A stretch of DNA of 64,000 nucleotides from Selaginella moellendorffii (GCF_000143415.4 NW_003314270.1:680453-744452); one strand, 5' to 3'; shown: positions 50,481-62,939, counted from the stretch's first letter. Made by a program: numbers and translations. The notes: generated by a model from the sequence alone, not told the origin.

Positions 50481-52149
50481 AAGCAAGACAGATTCGCAAG
50501 TATGGGTCGAGATGAAACCAGTTTTGGATCCAAGACTATCGTCATCGTCTGGACGGACCATCTAGTGCCGAATTCGGATCGCTACAACCTGCTGCGGCGC
50601 TCCTTACGCTCATCCAGCTGGTGTTTGTCGGCACGAGAGCACTGTATTCTGAGGTAAGGATCAGCGTGTACTACTCCTTGACGCAAAGCAGCTGGACATA
50701 GCTTGCTATCGTCAAGCTATCACTGGCGATCTACTTTGTTGCTAGGGTTTGGTCCGGAGTGATCGAGAACGCGGCAATCGATCTTGCCGCCCAGTCCGGC
50801 GAGAAACACATCGTTTTGCTCTTTATTTTATGTCTTCTCGTGCGTGCTTGTGCACTAATATCTTTGTCGGGATGCTGCCAGTGTTTTATTCTTTGACTCC
50901 AGACTACAGTCCACATGAGCATGGACATTGACAAGGTCAGTAAGTCATTCTCAATCAGGCATCGTTCTCCTATTGTTTCTAGCACAATATATCTCGTTTC
51001 ACATACACGATTCAATTGTATGGTTAGCGTGGATATCTGCTCGGAACGTACTGCTCCCTAGGACGAGGAAAACCTTTTCCAAATGATCTTGGTAAGACAT
51101 CCTTCCGTAGAGATTTAAGTTAGCGTTCATTTTCGACAAGCAGGGGTGTCATACTCCTCAAAGTGAACACTCTAGCTTCTTCCAGATGCAGAGAGTACGT
51201 ATTTCCAGCAAATAGTATGCCCCGGAGGTTCTGTGTAACATTCAATTTTCAATGTTCTTTCTCGGAAGTCGTTTTACGCGCCATGCCTAAAGCTGGTGCG
51301 TTTTGCAGTCAAACCAGGAATCGGCGGTTTTCTGGGTGTTGCGAAAGACACCTGCGATACAAGCCAAGGTCTGGTTTTTGTTCACTGCAGTTACTTGCTT
51401 GTTTCTAACTGCAGCAATCCATTCCCGCGCAAAGTCAGGCTGCGGAAGCTTTCAACTTGCCAGTCTTCTACAATGGCTGAGTTTGGCCTTCCTAAAACGT
51501 TTATCCAGGTAAAGTCGTGTCATTGCTTTTGTGATTATAGGCAGCCAAAGTATGCTGACTAAAACACCAGGCAGGAACATATATATTGTGGAATTATGAA
51601 GTGCAAAGATATAAGCTCAGCGAGTTTCTCCTTTTGATTCCTATGACCACAGCGTTTGCCTCAAGCCCGCTGGTACAGAGTTCTGCAGTTTGCTTGATGG
51701 CCGCAAACAGTTGCTTACAGTAGCAATTGAGACCGGAAGGCATCGAGCGTCTCCCTGCTGGAGCTTTTGTGGTGAGTGTATATCTCTTTGTTGTTCAGAA
51801 TGAATTGGGATACTCTTTATTTCAGGTCGATTCTGGCGGTTGCGATCACTAGAAGCTGATGCATCACATGGACCGTGAGTATGACCATGACCGGCAGGCC
51901 TTGATGCCATCGGATTTTCATCTCCGTTTTTCCAGTTTTTGAGTGACAGATGCAGACTTTGTGCAGAATGTGACTCCCAGGTATGGAACCAAGGCCCCCC
52001 GTTTCGAACTTTCACTGAGCTGGTACTAATTCATATCACTTACCGGTGGGCTGGGTCACAGTTTACGCTCGGAGAAGGCATAGCGTTACAATCCGCCAGG
52101 GTAAGGAGCATGCTCATTTGTGCGTAGATGTGACGTTCGGCCTCTTTTT

Positions 52150-52650
52150 CACAGGAGTCGAAAGCTCCTGGAATGGACTGGGGAGATCTTTGCAAAACGA
52201 TTACCATGTTGCGACGTTCTGCATGGCTATCTCGAGAAGCTGCTTTAGGAGACATCACCGCGGTTTGTCCCTTCAAGCTCTTCCGGACGATGCAGCACGA
52301 AGGCGTCCGGCCCGACAAAGTCACCTTTCTGCTCGACGTCTGCAACAGGAGCTCGTTATCTCCGCTGGGCTTCCTCCAGAGGCGCTGCTCCAAGTATTTG
52401 CCAGGAACGGGGACAAAGATGCTTACGCTCAGACCAGGAGGCCGGGATGAACCAGGAAGGCGTCAAGACCGGCGTCTCTTCGATAGTTGTGCGAGCCTTT
52501 GCGAGCAGGGAGTCCGGGCTCACGAGGCGAGGAATTCACCTCTTTCGGGAACACTCCGTGGGAGAATGGCGGCTTCGACAGGATGCAGGAGAAGAATCTA
52601 TCAACGCACCGAAATGGCCAGTCTGGAGGACGCCAAGCTCGTTCCTTCGA
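52150..52650 (+). pseudogene. PLS-class PPR fragment
   Basis: KLFRTMQHEGVRPDKVTFL and MNQEGVK..., frameshifted. Confidence 0.7.
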
Positions 52651-52793
52651 GCTGTGAGACGTTTAAGCCATTCTCGACGTTTAAGCCATTCTTGTTAATT
52701 TACATTGTGGTTAATTAATATATATATCGAGACGTTGAATTACAAGATTGGGGTTTATGTTTGATTGAGAGAGAGGCGAGAGAGAGAAGCGCG

Positions 52794-53227
52794 ATGCGAG
52801 TGATTCATATTGTTGTGTTCGTGGCTGTTCTCTCGTTTGTCCCACTGATCTTCACGGGAATGTGGATGGGTACCGACAGTGACGATGAGGCGGAGGAGAG
52901 CTGGCACAATTTCGTGTTTCTTCCCCGTGCTCCAAATGCCAAGGAGAAGAAGTTTCGGGATCCGCAATCTCTGATAAACCGCCTCTACAAGCGTAAGTGC
53001 TCCATTCCGATCATTTCAAACATTTCTTTAATCTTTCTTTCTTTGCAGCTCAGCCACCGCTTTGGCACCCCCATCGCAGGATCTACAAAGGTTCTTTCAT
53101 GTCCCTCTCTTTCTTTCTTTCTTTCTTTCAATCCCTGTGTGTTACAGTGCTGCCGGGGCCGCCTCCACCGCCGCCGTTGCCGCCTCCTCCATCACCGCCG
53201 CTGCCAACTCTACTGTTCAGAGGGTGA
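52794..53227 (+). CDS. Putative small secreted or membrane-anchored Pro-rich protein, 106 aa, 3 exons
   Basis: Exons 52794-52992, 53049-53090 and 53148-53227 joined through two phase-1 GT-AG introns (56 and 57 nt) give an open frame: hydrophobic N-terminus, acidic DSDDEAEE, then PGPPPPPPLPPPPSPPLP. Confidence 0.5.
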
Positions 53228-54508
53228 GTAGCAGCTAGGACACCTCCTTTGCCTATCCACACCTGCAAGGAGCGACTGCTTCAGAAGGAACCAATTGGGA
53301 GTCTGTTCAAGGTATTTTACTGCATTTTTTTTGGTGTCTGAGAGTTGCATTTCCAGAAATTCCTGGGCATTGCAATTCACAATGAGAAGATCAAGAAGGA
53401 TCAGTTGAATCAGGGAGTGTTGAAAAATCTGGTATGGTTATATCTTTTCAATGTCATTTCCCACCTAACACTTGGTTTGTAGCATAATCAATAAGCTTTC
53501 ATTTCATTTTATTCCTTTTAAAAATTTAATTGTTTTTTTTTTAAAGCTTCAACATGCTTCTGGATGCATCGACTTCTTTCCAACAAGATTTGCATGCTAC
53601 AGCCACCACTGAGGAGTGTACAGGTGTGTTGCTAGAGCTGGAGAAGCTCATAAACTCCACTTTACCCCCCCCAGTAAGTTTGCTTACGTTTTTCCTTTTT
53701 TCCGGAGGTAACTCTTTTTGTTGGGAGCTCCCCCCTTTTTCTTGTCACCTCCGAGAGTTCGTAATAAAAGATTCATGACTTTTTCCTTGAGGCTGACTCC
53801 TCTTCGGATCTTTGACGAGGCCACTTCTTGGCGCTCACGCTGGTAGCTCTCGCCTGGATAATTTCCAGGACGTGGTGTCAGGTTCTTGTTTGCCTACTGA
53901 CACGCATAGAGTTTCAGTGATAAGAAATGCCAGGTCCAGGTCGGTATGATTTTTTCTAGGCTTGCATTCTGTAACTTCGTTTTTTTGTGATTTGCAGTTC
54001 ATGCACAAGCTGCCGAGGTAAAGCTTGTGAAGAGTTTGTACTTCAGTTATGGGCAAGGTTGGCACAGATTCGATTGACATGCGTACAGGCTAATGCAGCT
54101 CCAGCTAGGTGGACTGCATCGTGATTTGCGGCAGAAGTAGAGAATCAGTTTCACAAGTCTTCTAAATCTGTAGTGACGAGACGTGGATCTCAAGAGTGAG
54201 ATGCAAGTCATCAGGAGCTGATGCACAGATCATCAGATGCTGAGGATAAGTCGACCGTCGTTATGTGCGACAACTGACTGACTCCTGGATTTCAGACAGC
54301 TACTAAGGTACTTCTAAGATTTTGCAGAACTGGACTCTATTGAACGGCCATTTGGGTCCTTTCGCTGTCTCGCAGTCATGATTTAGCTCAGTTGCTGCAG
54401 AACACAATGCAGCAAGTGAAAAGTATTCTGTGCGTGGAGACGACGAAGGTGCTGTGGACGGCTGCAAGTAAGAGCCTGCATCTTTTCTTTTATTTTTCAT
54501 GCCTTATG

Positions 54509-56057
54509 CCTTAACGGTCTGTGGCTCGCCCATTAACTTGATCCAACGGTTGGTAGCCATCAAATCGAATCAGGTTCTCTACGAGAACGTGGTTGACAAC
54601 TGCCAGGTTCTCCAAAACCGAGCTGCCAGCTGCTAGGTTCTGGAGAACCAGGCTACCAGCTTCTGGAGATCCCTCTCATCCTCGAATAATATTCTTCCAC
54701 GTGTCTGTTAACAGTCTCGCCACAGCCTATTAAGGCTGTTCCCGGGCACGGGCTTGCTCGTTCCCTCCAGAACGCGCTTGCCGGGCTAACGCCCGGCACG
54801 CCCATTCTAGGCAGGAACGTGCTCACCCTACCTGGGAACTGCCTCTTAACGGGCTGTGGCTCGCCTGTTAACTTGATCCAACCGTTGGCAACTGTCAAAT
54901 CGAGTCAGGTTCTCTACGAGAACGTGGCTGACAACTGCCAGGTTCTCCAGAACTTAGCTGCCAGCTGCTAGGTTCTAGAGAACCAGGCTACCAGCTGCCA
55001 ATTCTGGAAAACCCTCTCATCCTCGAATAACATTCTTCCACGTGTCCATTAAAGGTCTTGCCACAGCCTGTTAAGGCCATTTCACAGGCACGGGCTCGCT
55101 CGTTCCCTCCAGAACATGCGTGCCAGGCTAACGCTTGGCTCGCCCGTTCTGGGCGGGAACGTGCTTGCCCTACCCAGGAACTCCTTCTTTGTTTCAGAAG
55201 TTTGCATTGCCGAGCTTCTTTCAACTGGTTGACATTTCTAACAGTTCCTAGCTCTGGCGAACCTTCACAGCTTTTCTTTCAAGCCGGAAGACAGTGCCAA
55301 GCTCAAAAGGTTTGTTGTGGATAATTTGATTGCTTACTTTGACTGTTTGAATGCTTCCAAAACCGTTATGGAAGATTTTGTTCATGTTAGCGACCTTTTG
55401 ATAGTTTTTGGAACATTGGTCTGTCAAGGGAGTTTTTCAAACCTGTGGCCAGGCCTGAGATACATTTGTCGCACGTGGTATATGTCAAGCAGTAAACTGT
55501 TTCTTCTCTGGGCGCCACTCATTTACATTTTGTAATTAGATGAGTTGAAAGAAATGTACGAAACTTTAATCCTTTGTGTCTCAGATTGCATCATTGGAGA
55601 TTCGAAAGCTGCTTTACCAATCAGCACCTGTACTCAGATTGAAAGTAAAAGGCTGACTGACCAACTTGTGGAATATTTGTGGCAGGTCTTGATGTGTTTC
55701 CCTGGTGAGCTTAAAGCCAGGAGCATGAGACGGATTATAGAGGTTTCTAACCGAATGTGCTTTTTGCAGATGGAATGTAATCCATATGACCTGGGGAGTT
55801 CCCGGGTAGGGCGAGCCGGGCATTAGCCTGGCAAGTGCGTTCGGGAGGGAACGAGCGAGGCCATGCCCAAGGAACGGCCTTAATGGGCTGTGGCAAGACT
55901 GTCAAACAGACACATGGAATAACGTTATTGGTGGCTGGCAGCTAGGTTCTGGAGAACCTGGCAGTTGTCAGCCACGTTCTCACAGAGAACCTGACTTGAT
56001 CCGACGGCTGCCAACGGTTGGATCAAGTTAATAGGCAAGCCACAGCCCGTTAAGAGG
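54509..56057. mobile_element. Non-autonomous long-TIR element (MULE/foldback-like) with a duplicated left TIR
   Basis: Tandem ~335-bp units at 54509-54841 and 54842-55183; inverted, internally deleted copy at ~55795-56057; termini CCTCTTAACGGGCTGTGG / CCACAGCCCGTTAAGAGG. No TSD found. Confidence 0.8.
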
Positions 56058-56449
56058 TTTTAGCAATGCTAGTAAGAAAACAAAGGGGAAAAAGGCTTGA
56101 TCTCCAGGGGATGAGAGGAAAGATGAGTGAATGAGTGCTGTGAATTAATATGAAAATAATGAATGGAAATGGGGATTCACAACTCAGATTTCCCCCTTGA
56201 AAGGCTGGTGGTTCTATATACCATTTATTAGCATATGCTAGTAGTTATGATCAAGTCTATGCAGCCTTGGGTTTAGGGTTGGAGTTCCTTGAGCCTGGGT
56301 TTTTGGTTGATATAATCTACTCCTCTGACAGAACTAAATGCGAGTATTTCCATTGCTTGTTGCTGCTATTACTCGAGTCGATAGAGGTGGCACTTCTACT
56401 GCAGGATGTGAGTTCATGGTTGGGGACACTGTCTAGTGGATCTGTCCCA

Positions 56450-56990
56450 TCTTCCTGGAGCTTGGCTACTTTGGCCAAGAGGGTGGTATGGTCATCCTCT
56501 AGCTTCTAGTAGTGGGTGTTGATCTCATCGTACTTGAACTTGTAGGTGAGTTCATGAGCTACTGATGGCTGCTTGGAGATGATCTTCCTAATGTCCCGGA
56601 GGTCGGTGCAAATCTACTTCATCTTCTTAAGCTGAGTGTCGAGCCGGTGGTTTAAGGGCTCATAGAACTCCTTCTTGATTGCTCCTTGGGTGTATATGAA
56701 GGAGTCTTGCTTGAGAAGGTCCTATGTGATGTCGGCTGGTGTTGGGAAGTGGTTCGCTTGCTCGTGGTGCATGCATTGATCAAGGGCTTCGAACAACTTG
56801 CAGGTGCAGTAGCTCAGATCGAAGAGTTTATCCTCATACTCCTTCCTGATCTCGTCGTAATCATGGCATACCTAACTCTGTGGCTGAGGCATGGCTGCTG
56901 CTGCTGCTCCTGCTCTGTGATCCTTGTGTTCCTCGCTAGGGTTCACTGTGTTCTTTGGTCCCAGGATGTGAAGTTGCTGGAGGCGTAATC
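56450..56990 (-). mobile_element. Possible retrotransposon gag-like relic
   Basis: Degenerate Q/E-rich minus-strand coding sequence with an eroded Cys/His knuckle-like stretch (CKLFEALDQCMHH); many stops. Confidence 0.3.
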
Positions 56991-57814
56991 TGCTTCGTTG
57001 GATGTGGGTGGTGTGTTCAGTCTGGATTCTTTGAGGTTGTTGGAGATGAGCGTTTTGGATTGATGCTGGATGAACGGACCAGATGTGGCGCTGAAATTAA
57101 TGTAAATGGCCTTTAGCTCTGCATTGGTTTATTCTCAAATATGTTTCAGAACACCACTAGTTTATCAATGTTCACAAGATTCTTCAACCCAACTCGCCCA
57201 AGAAGGTGGTGGGCTCATTTTTGCACCAGAACTTGCTCCCACCAATCACTCCAACTCACTAAAAAACTCTCTGAAGACTTCCAGTATAGTCAAAATCACT
57301 AGTTTCTATAGCCAATAGTGAACAATTCCAAAATTCCCTCCCTAACACTAGAAAGATCTGACAAGCTTGAAATCTTCTCACAACTTCTTCCAACACACTT
57401 AAATTGGTACTATTGGGTTAGGAACATTATGTATCCATAGTAGTTCACAAGTTACAAAGAGATTCCACTCAAAGAACACTCTTCTTTTGAAATAATATAG
57501 AAATTTGCTCCTAAGACCAAAGGGTTGTGATTGGATGAGGTCTGGCTTCATCCTTGACTTTTTATCCTCTAAATTTAAGATTCTCATACTATAATAGTGC
57601 CCGCCATTTCTTGACTCACTTATATTTGTTTTATATGCTTTGGCCACAGCCCCAGAGATCTCTGATTCCTTTCTATCAAAATTATGATCTCCCACTAAGG
57701 ATGAATCTTCTATATTGTTGCTGTGGACTTCTGCCACCTCCATGTTTTACTAGTGAAGCTTCCAGACTTGTCTATTTCATGATTTGCCATGTGGCTAAGT
57801 TTTGTCCCAATCAA

Positions 57815-58050
57815 ACCAGGATCTTGATCAATGTCTACGTGATCCAGCGTGACAAATCCACATGGAGGGAGATTGATCCAGATAGATTTCTGGGGAGTTG
57901 TGTGGATGTCAAGGGCCAGCTCTTGCCGTTTGGATCCAGGAGGAGGAGCTGCCCAGGAATTCACCTGGAGAATTTGATCCATGTGTTTGACTGGGGTGGA
58001 CCGGACCCGGCGTCCCTGGCTATGTCCGAGTTGCTGGATTGAGCGTGCCC
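57815..58050 (+). pseudogene. 3' piece of the P450 pseudogene, inverted
   Basis: TRILINVYVIQRDKSTW...DPDRFLGSCVDVKGQLLPFGSRRRSCPGIHL...FDWGGPDPA, a close paralog of the 3' end of 21216-22788. Confidence 0.92.
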
Positions 58051-58839
58051 ACTTCTCCGCTCAAGCGTTTAATATTAACTAATACAAACTGTGTTTAATG
58101 AAGTAGTTTCAGGGTGCTTTCACGCATGGATCTGGTTCAAATCAAAAACTGAGAGAAGTGGCATGTGATTGTCAAGAGGAGCACAAAAGGTTTTAAATTT
58201 ATAAGGCTGAGGTCATCCTCCAACCAGCATTGATTCCAGGCAATCTCCAACATAGTTCTAGACCTAGAGTTTCTAGCGGCAATGAGAATGGATAGAGAAT
58301 GTGATGGGCAAAAATCGTACCTGCAAAAAAAATAAACTATAGGAAGTTCCATGCATTTAGAAGCCATGGATTGGAAGGACTTAAAAGGTTGACACAGAGA
58401 CTCTTGAGAAGTGCCAAAGCTCGCTACCTTCTCAAGAATTATCTCCTCACAACACAATTAGACTATTGAAGCTCTTTCTAAGGCCATCTTAACAAGCCCC
58501 TCAAGCACTTGGAAGCACCACCTTTGAGGTATGAACTCCTCAACCTGTGAATGAAAGTGACATTAAAAAACCAATCAACGGTGTAATACATGTAATTAAC
58601 AGCCTGCACCCACACTTGACGGTACAACAGTTTATCAACAGTGTAGTACATGAGATCAACAACCTACACCCACCCTTGGACAATACAATAGTCCAAGTCA
58701 GTTCTAAATCAGTAGGATTAATCCATGTATTTGGCTTGGGCTGTTCCTCTTCTTCCTCTCACCCACCCTGGCTACCATCCAGTTTGCCAAAAGCAGTTCT
58801 AGGCACTAGGAGTGCTGCCCACTAAGGAGATGCCGCATA

Positions 58840-60031
58840 TAGATTCTTCAATTACTCCTGGAGAGTGGAACTGGCCAATGGATCTCTTTGACAATCGCTT
58901 GCAAGGACTCGAGCCTGGAGATATTCTCGTCTTCCATGAGCTTTCCACTCGCTTGAGTTCCTCGCGAGCCTTGTCCATGAAATCTGGGTTCTTGATTAGC
59001 TCCGCCATTGCACACTCTATATGAGAACGGCCGAAGTGTCCGTTCCAGCCGCGATCATGTCCTGCAAAATTCACGTCAACTTTCCCATCCAAAGAAAGAT
59101 TTTCATATTGCTACAACGTACGAGCGAAACTGCCTTGAGCGAAGCGTCCGTCAACTCCCCCGTGCAGATCATCAAGTCAATAAAGTCCTTCGGCTGGCCA
59201 CCAAAGTTCTTGCGATGAGTGTCAATCTCCTTTGGTCGATCCCGTGCTGGACTTCCTCGATCTTTGCAACCTGCGTGTCCATCCATCCCAGCCACGGAAC
59301 AAAATCCCCAATGTGCATGCTACCACCGAGCTCAAACGCCCGAGTGATTGCCCGGTTGAAGAACAGCACCTCCTCATCTCCTCCTTGCTCGGGTCGCGCT
59401 CCCGGCCGAGTAGCTCTTGCTCCACCATCCTGGCGACGGTGTTGAACGTAACATCCTTCACCATTGTCGACAAATCGGCCTCCCGGCCCTCCTCCGCCAT
59501 CGCCAGGAGCAAGTTCTCGGTCTCTTGTTTGCGAATGGGCTGGACCCGCTTGGCCGTGAGGAGCCGGAGCTTGCGTATGCATATTCAATGAAAATGAGGA
59601 TCTCTCCACCCCTATTGCTCGTTAATGAATTCATGAGACAAGCTATCCACCTTGCTGAGCGCTCAATCGAAGCTTTCCGACAAGGTAGGCGATCCAGGCT
59701 TGCTCAAGGCGACGATTCTCTCCAAAGTATACATCTTCCGGATTCATTCCCGTAGCCGAAGTATCTCCCCGAAACGACTGGGGGCCCGGAAGAAATCGCG
59801 ACGTCTTGGAACTTGAAGAGCTCTCTCGCGGCGTCCGGGCAGGAGACGATGAGCGCATCAACTTGCCCGAGCTTGAGGTACACGAGTCCTCCATCCCTTT
59901 AGGAGAGATCGAGGAGGGAGATGTGAGGGAGCTTGCCGAGGAGAGCCAAGATTGGAACGTAAATTCTCGGTGTTCTTGGAGAGAACCAGCTTGTGGAGGA
60001 TGAATGAGAGTAGCCGAGTAGTAAGCTCCAT
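58840..60031 (-). pseudogene. 5' part of a P450 pseudogene, paralog of 21216-22788
   Basis: High nucleotide similarity to ~21640-22788 including the intron; frameshifts, deletions and a ~175-bp unrelated segment at ~59575-59750. Confidence 0.93.
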
Positions 60032-60209
60032 TGCTGCTAGCCATACTAAGCTTCCAAAGGAGTTAAAACAAATACAACACTCCCTTTTTCTTTTTTCGAA
60101 ATAACTTTTCCTGAAAAAAAGGAACTTCACATAGATTGATGAAGGAAAATGTATGTACCTGATCCTCGAGATCGACAGACAAAGAGTCGAAAGTTACTGC
60201 TTTGTGTGA

Positions 60210-61169
60210 CTACGAACAAGCGAGGCTCTCTCGTGTCTCAACGCCAGTGATCGAGTTCGTCCCTGTTGCTCGCTTGCAAAGCTTGAGACGCTGGTAGTTG
60301 TCCAGGATTGCTTCTGTGAAATCGGCTCCAGTGATATCTGCGCCTGGAAGAAGATCATGAGTAGGACATAAGAACCAGGAATGCTAGAAAAGCTACCATC
60401 AAACTGTGAACCAGTCAGTATCGCATTCGTGAAGATTGCTGCATTGGAGGAAAAAGCTTAGCGAGAAGAATTCAAGAGACACAAAAACTTAGGAAGAGTC
60501 AAAGCAATCCATGAGACGTACCGTTTTGTAGATTCGTCATTCGGAACACGACCCGATCAGCCAAGGCTTGCACCCTGTTTGCAAAACGTGTATAAGATTT
60601 TCCATGAAGAGACAAATACCAGCTTGTGTCTTGAAGATCACCACCTTCGAATCCCGCAAAAGTATCAGTGCTGCTGTCGAGGTTTGATCCTCTCAGATTG
60701 ATCTTTCTGCAGTCACAAGCTGGAAAAATTCTCACTCTTTAAGATACTTTCAAGTGAAAGAAGAAGAAAAGAGATTCCCACTGAAAGAGCAAAGAGGAAA
60801 GGAAAGAAACTCTTACCTGCGAAGACAGCGCCTCTAAGGTCTTGTCCTGAAAGATCCGCGCCGCGCATGCTAGCATGATCGTAACTCTTCACACAAAGAT
60901 ACAAAAATTTAATCTAGCGTTCTCTAGAAAGGATCTTTCTTACCAGGAACTCGGCCAGAGCACAATAGGGCGTCGCGATCGTGGCGCTAGCGATCGAAAT
61001 GGCTGCCAGCGGCCCAGCCAGGGACAATCTCTTTGCATTGTAGCTCCTCTCCTTGGAAATCTGGAAGAATCACGGAAATTCTAGCTCTAGATTGATCAAT
61101 CGAAGCGTCTACCTCTCTGGAAGAGCTAGCGTTCCTCGAGGCGCTGGAGATGACCACCACATTGGCCAT
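60210..61169 (-). CDS. Thylakoid-lumen pentapeptide-repeat protein (multi-exon)
   Basis: Spliced product MANVVVISS...[55 protein letters not shown]...[58 protein letters not shown]; bipartite targeting peptide with an ALA cleavage motif. Confidence 0.88.
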
Positions 61170-61275
61170 GGAAGCCGCGATAGCTGGACATTCTAGCTCA
61201 AAATCTCGCCAGGAGATGAGCGGTTGCGATCTTCGCGCGGTGGCCGCTGCCCTAGAATCCAATCCGTCCGTCGAT

Positions 61276-62647
61276 ATGGCAATGGTGGCCCGTTGCTGCG
61301 CCATGCGCCTAGCGTCTTCGCGCGGCCTCTCTTCTTGTTCTTCTCCGCGATCGCCGATCCACTCGCAGCCGTCTCGATCGGCGCTGGCGCTCTGTAATCG
61401 GCATTCTGGAGGTGGGCTGGAGCAGCGTCGATGCGATTCGTCTCGAAATTTCGCCATCGGGAGCTTTTCTCGATCGGCAGCTCGTCGGCCGTGTATGGCT
61501 CTCGGCCCCAAGCATCCAGCGCTGGAAATGGGAGGGATTTTCAAGGGCGTGTCGACGACGCAGACGATCCAGCAGCACAGCTCGGTGGCGGGAGCGCTTC
61601 CGGACGAGAATGAGGAGCAAGGGCTCATCTCCGGTGGTTCTTTGAGGAGCGACGATGGCGCTGGTGGTGCTGGACGTGGTGGAAGTGGCGGTGGTGGCGG
61701 GGGACAGGGTGATCATCATTCACAGAGTGGAGGAGGAGGAGGTGGAAATCCAGTTCTTGCGTGGTAAGTTCTTTGTTTTTTTTTTTTTTTCTCGATTTCC
61801 TTCCTGGCTACTGCCAGGTACATGAAATTGCTCGAGGAGAGGCCTGTAACAACGAAGGCAGTGACAGCGGCTATACTGACTTTCATGGGCGATCTATTCA
61901 CCCAGGTAGATCTTCTCGCTTTCTTTGCTCTTTATGCTCTTCTTCTTCCTGGTCTGACAGGAGGCTTGTGAAACTTTCAGCTGGTTATAGAAAAATCTGG
62001 TGGCATTGACATCAAGCGGATTGTCGTGATCACAAGTTTGGGATTGATGCTCGTAGGTCCTACTCTTCACTTTTGGTAAATCACTGCCTTTTGTTTGCTT
62101 GTTTGTTTTCTCATTGCTCGATCGTTTGATAAACTTACAGGTACTTGACTTTGAGCAAGGTAGTGAAAATCGGTGGAGTGAAGGGAACTGGCATTCGACT
62201 TTTCCTTGACCAGGTTAGTTTCGTGATCCTCCAACTTCTCGTCCAACCTTCAGTGTTATTTTTTGTAGCTTTTCTTCTCCCCGCTCTTTATCGGAGTATT
62301 TTTCATTTGCTTGCTTACATTGGAAGGGCGGCCTTCAGATATCGGTCCGAAACTAAGCCGGGTTTGTATTACTATTGTGTTCTCGCTTGTCTCCTAATGC
62401 CTGTGAACTTCCAGGATTGGCCATCAGCAGTCATTACCAATTGGAAGTTGTGGGTGCCGTTCCAGTTTATCAACTTCATGTTCGTTCCTCAGAAGCTCCA
62501 GGTTGATTTTTTCTTGTGTTCTGACGAACGTGGATTTTGACAATTCTCTTGGATGCGTAGGTCGGTTTTAGCAATATCATTGCTCTAGTCTGGAACGCCT
62601 ACCTATCTTTCGCGACGCACACCGAGGTCGACTCAAAGAGTCACTGA
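61276..62647 (+). CDS. Mpv17/PMP22 family membrane protein, likely plastid-targeted
   Basis: WYMKLLEERPVTTKAVTAAILTFMGDLFTQL, GPTLHFWY, LDQLFFSP, NWKLWVPFQFINFMFVP, WNAYLSF; 7 exons. Start uncertain (in-frame ATGs at 61150, 61168, 61216, 61276). Confidence 0.92.
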
Positions 62648-62939
62648 AGAGCTAAGTTTTTGTTGCGACGAGTTGGAGGTGGTGTGTTGGCCGTTTTTGC
62701 AAAGGAGGCCTAACAAGCCACTAACTCACGTGAATTTTTCTTCAAGTTTTGAGTTGAATATACACATACGGTTTGGTCTTTGCAAAGCTTCATCACAGGC
62801 AAAGGAGCTTATTCTTCGAGGCACGCCACGAGTTCCATATCTTTTTCAGCCAAGTTAATGTAAGCCGCTTCACATTCTCCCCGTCAAAACTCCCGTATTA
62901 AAGCTCGCTCTTTCTTGCCTCGCAGGAGTGTGGTCGATC

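Noticed and set aside
50650-52100. Multi-exon gene relic between the PPR fragments
   Set aside because: Splice-like signals are present but I could not build a consistent frame or assign a family.
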